Source: Nannocystis bainbridge
Lineage (GTDB): Bacteria; Myxococcota_A; Polyangia; Nannocystales; Nannocystaceae
Direction: 5' to 3'
Assembly (NCBI RefSeq): GCF_028368995.1
Contig: NZ_JAQNDL010000001.1
Location: 480,001-544,000, forward strand
Length of the DNA: 64,000 bases
Each line of letters begins with the position of its first letter. Within the stretch, counting starts at the first letter, position 1. The position numbers and the translations under genes are program-made. Below, piece after piece: positions 57,614 to 64,000 of this stretch. The notes under the pieces were generated by a model, which was given only the letters and a program-made list of their open reading frames with translations, searched no databases and was not told where the DNA came from.

Positions 57614-58299
57614 TCGGCGCCGGCCGACCGGACGAAGACCGACCTAAGCCCGGCGCTCCGCGCGGACCAGGCCCTGCGGCAGCGCCGCTCGGACGCGGAT
57701 CATGGGAAGTCTCGGGGAGGGACGTCGCGGCGGCGGGATCATGAGAAACAAAAGCTCTGGCGAATGCATCGTTTCGGGCTGCGCCGCACGACGGCGAGCA
57801 CACGGCCGCTCGCTCGCAGCGGCCGAGGCGGCTCACTATAACCGACGGCCGCCCGCCGCCGCCACCCGTGAATCATCACGGCGCCCGCTCCGCCCGGCGA
57901 AGCGAGCGCCGCGCCGACCCCCGACAATGCTGCTCGCCGCGTGGCCCGAATCACCCGTGCTCGCGCGCTGGTGCTATCGATGCATCGCCTCCGCGATCGG
58001 GCTCCGCGATCGCCATGCATCCTTCGGCGAGGTCCGTGGCTCCGCCGCGTGCCGCCGATTCGCGCCCCCTCCGACGAGGCCTGGCCTGAACCCTGGGGCG
58101 CTGCCGAGTGGCCACCACCGCCGCGCGAACGAGGACCGTCGAGCTCAGGACGGCACCTACCGGGTGCTCGTAGTCCCGCGCATCCTCATCCAATGCGCAA
58201 TGACGGCACGATCGATCGCACGGACCCCGACCGCCGTTCGCGGGGCGGCGAACGGATTTTGCTTGGCGCGATGTTCCGCCGTCGCCATGGTTGCGAAGC

Positions 58300-58629
58300 A
58301 TGCGAAAGAAGGGATCCCTCTCGGAGCAGGAACGATCCCAGGCTTCACGACTGGCCCCGGACGCCCCGGCGACCCAGGCCTTGCTGGTCGTCCTCCGCCA
58401 CCTCGACGCCGACCCCGCCGTGATCTACGCCGCGCTGAAGACGCGACAGATCGTCTTTCAGGACGCGCTGAAGGGCTTCACCGCGAGGGAGGTCGACGCA
58501 TGGACGGAGGCGCTCCGCGAGTTCGACCGCCTGAGCAGCGTGCCCCCCGAGCAGTTCGCGCAGCTCGACATCGAGACGAGGCGGCGATGGCAGCTCGCCA
58601 CCAACCGGGGTGACGCGCTCGCCGAGTGA
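58300..58629 (+). CDS. Hypothetical protein
   Basis: Coding-like codon usage and helical sequence; no motif recognised. Confidence 0.6.
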   Translation: MRKKGSLSEQERSQASRLAPDAPATQALLVVLRHLDADPAVIYAALKTRQIVFQDALKGFTAREVDAWTEALREFDRLSSVPPEQFAQLDIETRRRWQLATNRGDALAE

Positions 58630-58716
58630 GCGAGCGCGTCCTTCCAAATCATCGCAGTCGGGCCGGCGTGGCCTCGCCATTCCTCCATGGCGAGAACCAG
58701 GCCCGCGACGCCGCGC

Positions 58717-59805
58717 TCACGCCTCGCGCGTGCGCGACGTGGTCGACGTGGTCGTCGGCTCGTTCTGCGACCCGCGGCCGGAGGTCTGGCCCTGCCCGCC
58801 CATGTCCTGGCGCGACATGCCGCCCTGCCGCCCCGACGTGACGCGCAGTTGATTCTGCACGTCGAGCACCCCCGAGACCTCCTCGGTCAGATCTTCGGCC
58901 ATGCGCTTCATCTCGCGGTCCTCGACCATGCCGGTCAGGATGACGTTGCCCTGATTGACCTTCACCTCGATCTCGCTGGCGTCCACCGCGGGATGCCGGG
59001 TCAAGATCTCGCAAATCTCCTCGGTGATGCGCTCATCGGAGCGGCGATAGCCTTTCGGCCCGCGCCCCGCGTAGCGCTCCTGCGACCGCCCGCCGAGGCG
59101 GCCCGCCTCGCCGAAGCCCCGCGACATCCCCCGCCCCTGCGCCATCTCCCCGCGGAATCGGCCCTCGAAGCCCTCGCGGCCGTGGCTCTGGCTGCCGTAT
59201 TGGCCCGGGCTGCCGTACTGGCCCTGCCCGCCGTACTGGCCCTGGCTGCCGTATTGGCCCTGCCCGCCGTACTGGCCCTGCCCGCCGTACTGGCCCTGCC
59301 CGCCGTACTGGCCCGGGCTGCCGTACTGGCCCTGCTCGCGGTATTGGCCCTGCCCGCCATATTGGCCCGGGCTGCCGTACTGGCCCTGCTCGCGGTATTG
59401 GCCCTGCCCGCCATATTGGCCCTGCCCGCCGTACTGGCCCGGGCTGCCGTACTGGCCCTGCTCGCGGTATTGGCCCTGCCCGCCGTACTGGCTCTGCTCG
59501 CCGTATTGGCCCTGCCCGCCGTATTGGCCCTGCCCGCCATACTGGCCCTGCCCGCCATGATAGGCTTGCTGGCCCTCGTAGCGGCCGGCCCCATGTCCCA
59601 TGAATTCGCCGGTGCGCCGCTCCTCGTATTCGAACCCCTCCTCGTCCGCGAGGCGGCTCCTTTCGCCGGACTCCTCGCGGCCCGCCCAGGTGCGCATCTC
59701 GTCGCCACGGCCGCGCTCCCGGCCCTCGCGCTCCTGCATCGCAGGGCGCTGACGACGGCCATGGCTCTGCTCTTCCTGTCCCTGACGGCGTTCGTTCGGT
59801 CGCAT
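58717..59805 (-). CDS. BON domain protein with Gly/Gln/Tyr low-complexity repeat
   Basis: GRGPKGYRRSDERITEEICEIL...IEVKVNQGNVILTG...VLDVQNQLRV; GAGGA RBS. Confidence 0.9.
   Translation of the reverse strand: MRPNERRQGQEEQSHGRRQRPAMQEREGRERGRGDEMRTWAGREESGERSRLADEEGFEYEERRTGEFMGHGAGRYEGQQAYHGGQGQYGGQGQYGGQGQYGEQSQYGGQGQYREQGQYGSPGQYGGQGQYGGQGQYREQGQYGSPGQYGGQGQYREQGQYGSPGQYGGQGQYGGQGQYGGQGQYGSQGQYGGQGQYGSPGQYGSQSHGREGFEGRFRGEMAQGRGMSRGFGEAGRLGGRSQERYAGRGPKGYRRSDERITEEICEILTRHPAVDASEIEVKVNQGNVILTGMVEDREMKRMAEDLTEEVSGVLDVQNQLRVTSGRQGGMSRQDMGGQGQTSGRGSQNEPTTTSTTSRTREA
59197..59556 (-). repeat. 20 x 18-bp coding tandem repeat (xxxGQY hexapeptides)
   Basis: Units GGQGQY, REQGQY, GSPGQY, GSQGQY, GEQSQY; exactly 360 bp. 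Confidence 0.95.
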
Positions 59806-60157
59806 GAATCTTCCTCTCGTCCTGATTGGTTTGGGTGGATCGAGCGGCCCGGGGGCCGCGCGTGCCGACAGCATGGGAGCGAAAAACCGCAGCCCCGGGA
59901 CAGTGGAGCAGGAACGCCCACCGATGGACGCGCACGCCCACGAATCGCGCAGGCTGCCCCGATGTGCGCGGCCGCCACCGCCTCTCGCTCGTGTGATTCG
60001 ACCTCACCGTCGCGCCGGGCGACCCTTCCCACGCTCGCCGGCGACGACCGGACCCCGGGCGGCGATGGCACCGGTGCTCACCTCCGAGGCCCAGCGCCGC
60101 ACCGAACACGCAGCGGTCGACCTCGCGGAGGTCACGCTGCCGCTCGAGCGCGGGCGT

Positions 60158-61045
60158 TCATTCGCCGCCGCTCAAGACCTCGTCCCGCGCGCGTCGCAAC
60201 GCGCGCGGCCTGCTCCATCGTCGCAAGGCTCGCCGGCAACAGAGCTCGACGATGCCGCTCCAAACTTCGGTGAGGGCGACGGCCAGCAGCACATGGTGCC
60301 ACCACAGCAAATCGCTGACGCTGACGCCCAGGAGACAGGCGACCGCTGCGATCAGGCAGATGTAGCCCACGACACACAGCGGCCAAAATGGCGTGAAGAA
60401 AGCGAGCTCCCAGAACTCCCGGGTCGGTAAGAAAACCGAAGCGCTGCATTTGTCCTTGATGTAGCCGAAGACGGATGTGGCGACACCCACTCCAACCTTT
60501 TACAAGTCTTGAACTTCTTGAAGAACCACCAGCATCCGGCGCCGGTGGCTACCCCGATCGATCCGCCGCTGAGCCCGCCGGCGACATCGCACGACACCGA
60601 GCGCGAGGGCGCCGCCTCCGCAGCGTCCGCGAGCGCCTGCTCGACCTCCGATGTGGTCCAGACCTGGACGAGGCTGTTGAAGAGAGAGACCACTTCCTCA
60701 CGCTCGAGGGTCGCAAGGTACTCCGTGTTCAACGTCTTCAAACTCTGCTCGGGCAGCCCGGTCAACTCGCCGTCGAAGTCGAGGATGGTGGTGTCGTCCA
60801 CGAGCAGGATGAAGGTCGCTCCCCCGTCGAGCTCACCATGCGCCGCCAGCCTCACGTGCCCGACGCCCTTGAGCGCGTAGGCAATCTCGATGTTCAAGCC
60901 TTCGGAGAAGTCGAAGGCAGCGATCACCGCATCCGCGGAGAAGTCCACCGGCGCCCGGAGGCTTTCAGAAAACTCGCCAGGCGTGACGTGCGCGGGATTG
61001 GAAGCCGCGAAGAGCGACACGGCAATGAGGAAGTTCGGCGAGCAT
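60158..61045 (-). pseudogene. Frameshifted exported precursor with Cys-containing cationic C-terminus, read through into a small membrane-protein remnant
   Basis: GGGAGA-T-ATG at 61045 is one base out of frame with ORF 60352..61077. A second shift at the A4 run (60498-60501) joins to ORF 60158..60490. Visibly lower GC than the flanks. Confidence 0.6.
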
Positions 61046-61189
61046 ATCTCCCATGACAAAAGCTCGGCAGACCACAAGCGGACGACGACTAATTCCCGAC
61101 GACGAGCGGCGAGGGCCGCGTCGCCGAAAGAACCCGCCGCCGTGGAGCGCGACCTCGGGCGGCGTCGTCACCCGCACTCAACAAGGTCC

Positions 61190-61897
61190 TCAGGGGTCAT
61201 GAGAGGATCTCGAGTCCCCCTCGAACCCGAGCGCCCGCTCGATGTTCGTGGCGATCCACGACAGCGTCTTGGGGTCGTCGATCCCACTCAGTAGCGATTG
61301 GCGTCGACCTTGGCGCCCCAGGAGCACGAGCTCCAGGCGGCGATCCTCGGGGCGCTCGGCGCGAGCGAGGGCCCGCACAAACACCCCTTTGACGTCGTCG
61401 GCCACGAATTGCTGGCCTTGGTGGAGCGGGACACCATCACCCACGACAGTGAGGCCATCCGACGTGGCGATGAAGCGCATCACGGAGGTCCTGGGGATCG
61501 CACTCCACGTGATTCCACCGACCGCGAGCACCACGGCACCGACCGTCATCGCCGAAGAGAGCTCGATCCTGGTCACCACAACGACGAAGAAGAGCGCGGC
61601 CGTGGCGGCGGCCGCTCGGAACTGTTGCCGCCGGTGCTCGACGAGAATATCGAGCCGGGGTTCCTCGGCCGCCACGCGGTACGGACCGCGCGCATCGCCT
61701 TCGGTCAGCGCCGTGGCGGCTCGACGCGTCACGCCCGGCGGGGGGACATCGTCCGCGACTTCGCTTGGTGACTGCTCCACGAGCAGGCAACCGCACGCGT
61801 CGCAGTAATCCAGCGCATGCTGTGAGCCCTGGACGATGGGGCTCTCGCACAGCGGACAGCACTCGTCGAGATTCGGGTCACGTTCGGACGGCTCCAC
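61190..61897 (-). CDS. Membrane protein with N-terminal zinc ribbon
   Basis: CPLC...CDAC, GPYR, two TM helices, PH-like beta C-terminus. Confidence 0.7.
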   Translation of the reverse strand: MEPSERDPNLDECCPLCESPIVQGSQHALDYCDACGCLLVEQSPSEVADDVPPPGVTRRAATALTEGDARGPYRVAAEEPRLDILVEHRRQQFRAAAATAALFFVVVVTRIELSSAMTVGAVVLAVGGITWSAIPRTSVMRFIATSDGLTVVGDGVPLHQGQQFVADDVKGVFVRALARAERPEDRRLELVLLGRQGRRQSLLSGIDDPKTLSWIATNIERALGFEGDSRSSHDP

Positions 61898-62087
61898 TCC
61901 TGCAGGTCCTCACATCCTTCTTCTCATGGCCCTCGTGCCTTGCCAACCCGTCGCTGCGCTCCCGCATGATCGTGCGGTGCTCCGGGCGCCGCTTGCGAGC
62001 ATGGGCCGCGAGCGATTCTGCCGCCTGGCGACCGCCAGGCTGGCGAAGCGCCACCGGCGAGCCGCGCTGCCGCCTCGCTCGCGCCGC

Positions 62088-62720
62088 CTAGCCCTTCGGC
62101 CCCTGCACGACCGCCAGCAGCTCCTGCGAGCGCCGGGCCTGGACCTTCTCGAGCAGCGCCACGTCGGTCTTCAGCGCGTGGCTGGCCTTGGCCAGTTGCA
62201 CGGCCACGCTCGACGGCTGCGCCGACCCGGCGATCGCCGCGAGCGCGCGGGTGTCGGCGAGCGAGCGCTCCGCCAGCGTCGACGCCACGTCGAGCAGCAC
62301 GAACTCCAGCAGGCCCGCATCGATCGAGCCCGACAACAGCGGCGCCTGGCCCACCGATTCGGCCACGAACGCCGCCATGCGGGCCGCGGGGCTGACATAG
62401 CGGCGCGGCAGCCCGAGCTTGTGGAGCAGCCCCTCGAGCGTCGTCACCCGGTCCTCGTACATCTGCGCCAGGTGCTCGTGGAGCTGCCGGCGCGCGGGCT
62501 GGCTGGTCTGCTCGGCGGCCGCTCGGGCGAGGCGGGCCGAGACTCGCGCGTGCATGGCGATCGCGCTGACGACATCCGCGAGCGCGACCCCGTTCAGCCC
62601 CGCTGCCGCGCCGCAGGCCGCCAGCGCCGCCGGCGACACCTCCTGCGAGGGTGGGATCACCGTCATGCTCGCGGGTCGGCCGTGGCCCCCCGAAGCCTTC
62701 GTCACAAACAGGATGGACAT
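62088..62720 (-). CDS. Helical, probably ferritin-fold hypothetical protein
   Basis: Starts 11 bp after the upstream stop with GGAG RBS; LNGVALADVVSAIAMH, LGLPRRYVSPAAR; lacks clear ExxH ligands. Confidence 0.7.
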   Translation of the reverse strand: MSILFVTKASGGHGRPASMTVIPPSQEVSPAALAACGAAAGLNGVALADVVSAIAMHARVSARLARAAAEQTSQPARRQLHEHLAQMYEDRVTTLEGLLHKLGLPRRYVSPAARMAAFVAESVGQAPLLSGSIDAGLLEFVLLDVASTLAERSLADTRALAAIAGSAQPSSVAVQLAKASHALKTDVALLEKVQARRSQELLAVVQGPKG

Positions 62721-62731
62721 GGCGATTCTCC

Positions 62732-63988
62732 TTATTCGTCGCGCTCGTGTTGCGCTGCATCGAGGTCTTCGAGGGACCCGGACCGCAGCACCTCGATCGG
62801 GTGCGGGCCCTCGGTGGTCAGCCGGAAATCGTCGCCGAACACCTCGACGTGCCGGGCGATGACGTACTCGCTGGGGACCTTGACGCCGCCGTTGACCGCC
62901 TCCTGATACGCGAAGAAGCGCGCGTCGGCGGGCAGCGCCCCCATCGGCACGAAATCGGGGCCGACGGAGGTCAGGTCGATCTGGTGCTTCAGGACCTCGC
63001 GGATGTATTTCTTGTTCTCGTGGAAGCGCGTCGGCTGCGGCAGCTCCGGCGGCAGGATCGCCTGCGGCTCGACGCCCTCGTGGCGCAGCAGCAGCTCGCC
63101 GGCCACCCGGACGTGCTCGATCTCCATCGCCAGGTGCAGCTCCCAGATCTTGCGGATCCGCGGGTCGACCTCCTCGGTCATGAACGACCAGTACAGGTAG
63201 CACTCGTTGTAGTGGTGAAACAGCTCGCGCTGGAACCACGACTCGAGCGGGTCGAGCAGCGACTCGTACTGCGTCACGTGCTGCTCCTCGATCTCCGCGA
63301 TCTCGAGGTAGAGCCCGCGCGCCAGCGGCGGCACGTAGGTCGGCCCCACGTTCATGTAGAAGTTCATCGTCTGCTGCTCCGCCGCCACGATCGTCATCGC
63401 GTGCAGCCGCGACAGCGGGTCGACGGTGTGGCGGTCGTAGTGGCGGCGCACGTCGTCGAAGGGGTGCCGGTGCTCGACGATCGTCGGCCGGCCGGGCATG
63501 ACCTCGGTCAGGTTGCCGACGATCTCGTGGACCCGCTTCGGCCCCTCGATCAGGTCGATCAGGTTGGCGTAGCGGTACAAGTGGTCGAAGTCCTCGAGCA
63601 GGCCGAAATCGAGGGTCTGGCGCAGGTACGGGTCGGGCTCGGTGCGCGCGAGCCCTGCGGTCAGATCGATGGCGACCTGCTCGTAGCCGAGGGTGGTCTC
63701 CAGCACGGTCTGGTCGCCCGGGAGCAGCCAGTTCACCGCCTTCTGCTGCTGCTGGTCGACCCGCCGCAGCAGCGCGAGCGTGGTCTTGACCGGCCAGCTG
63801 TCGGTGTGGCGCGCGAATTGGTGCGACGACAGGATCGACTCGATCTCGATCCCGTTCATCACGATCACGCGAGCGCGCGTGTACGGGTGGACCTCGCGCT
63901 TGTCGAACGGCGCGACGTTGAGCTCCGACCAGTTGCGGATCTGCAGCTCCAGGGGGATGCCTTTTTCGGCGAGCGGATTGAAGCCCAT
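62732..63988 (-). CDS. Conserved ferritin-like (di-metal carboxylate) hypothetical protein
   Basis: MNGIEIE, GYEQVA, LLEDFDHLYRY, AAEQQTMNFY, EIAEIEEQHV, MEIEHV; CAGGAG RBS. Confidence 0.85.
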   Translation of the reverse strand: MGFNPLAEKGIPLELQIRNWSELNVAPFDKREVHPYTRARVIVMNGIEIESILSSHQFARHTDSWPVKTTLALLRRVDQQQQKAVNWLLPGDQTVLETTLGYEQVAIDLTAGLARTEPDPYLRQTLDFGLLEDFDHLYRYANLIDLIEGPKRVHEIVGNLTEVMPGRPTIVEHRHPFDDVRRHYDRHTVDPLSRLHAMTIVAAEQQTMNFYMNVGPTYVPPLARGLYLEIAEIEEQHVTQYESLLDPLESWFQRELFHHYNECYLYWSFMTEEVDPRIRKIWELHLAMEIEHVRVAGELLLRHEGVEPQAILPPELPQPTRFHENKKYIREVLKHQIDLTSVGPDFVPMGALPADARFFAYQEAVNGGVKVPSEYVIARHVEVFGDDFRLTTEGPHPIEVLRSGSLEDLDAAQHERDE

Positions 63989-64000
63989 GGGTCTCTCCTG

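Noticed and set aside
58204-58280. Sigma54-like sequences CGGCACGATCGATCGCA and TTGGCGCGATGTTCCGC
   Set aside because: GG-to-GC spacing is 11, not the required 10.
59197-59556. 18-bp repeat array as a possible CRISPR
   Set aside because: Contiguous in-frame coding repeats with no unique spacers and no cas genes.
1-64000. rRNA, tRNA, integrase, transposase or phage genes
   Set aside because: None recognised by eye; a covariance-model and HMM scan would be needed to exclude small RNAs.

Overview
A very GC-rich bacterial chromosomal segment, most likely from a myxobacterium such as Nannocystis. This is inferred from the Ser/Thr-linker lipoproteins, Cys-rich DUF4215-type repeats, an ADYC protein, and Ser/Thr kinase-TPR genes paired with ECF sigma factors. 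I can support about 50 CDS; most long overlapping ORFs in the track are antisense or off-frame shadows. Left to right: (1) a kamA-like radical SAM gene plus asnB behind a sigma54 promoter, divergent from a histidine kinase and sigma54 response regulator; (2) a secreted HExxH protein and a Cys-rich lipoprotein; (3) two kinase/ECF modules with candidate target lipoproteins; (4) an HTH regulator and CPBP protease sharing an operator palindrome; (5) thaumatin-like, esterase and beta-helix lipoproteins; (6) rsbQ next to a PAS-HAMP-Ser/Thr kinase; (7) oxidoreductases and a DUF488-AlkA fusion; (8) a K+/H+ antiporter; (9) a ~10 kb NDP-heptose/GT9/GT4 operon containing a 14-bp periodic palindrome array, followed by an ABC transporter, a BON protein with 20 hexapeptide repeats, a frameshifted bacteriocin-like precursor and two ferritin-like genes. 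I saw no rRNA, tRNA, CRISPR array or transposase. All calls come from reading motifs by eye; no database search was run, and some start codons are uncertain.
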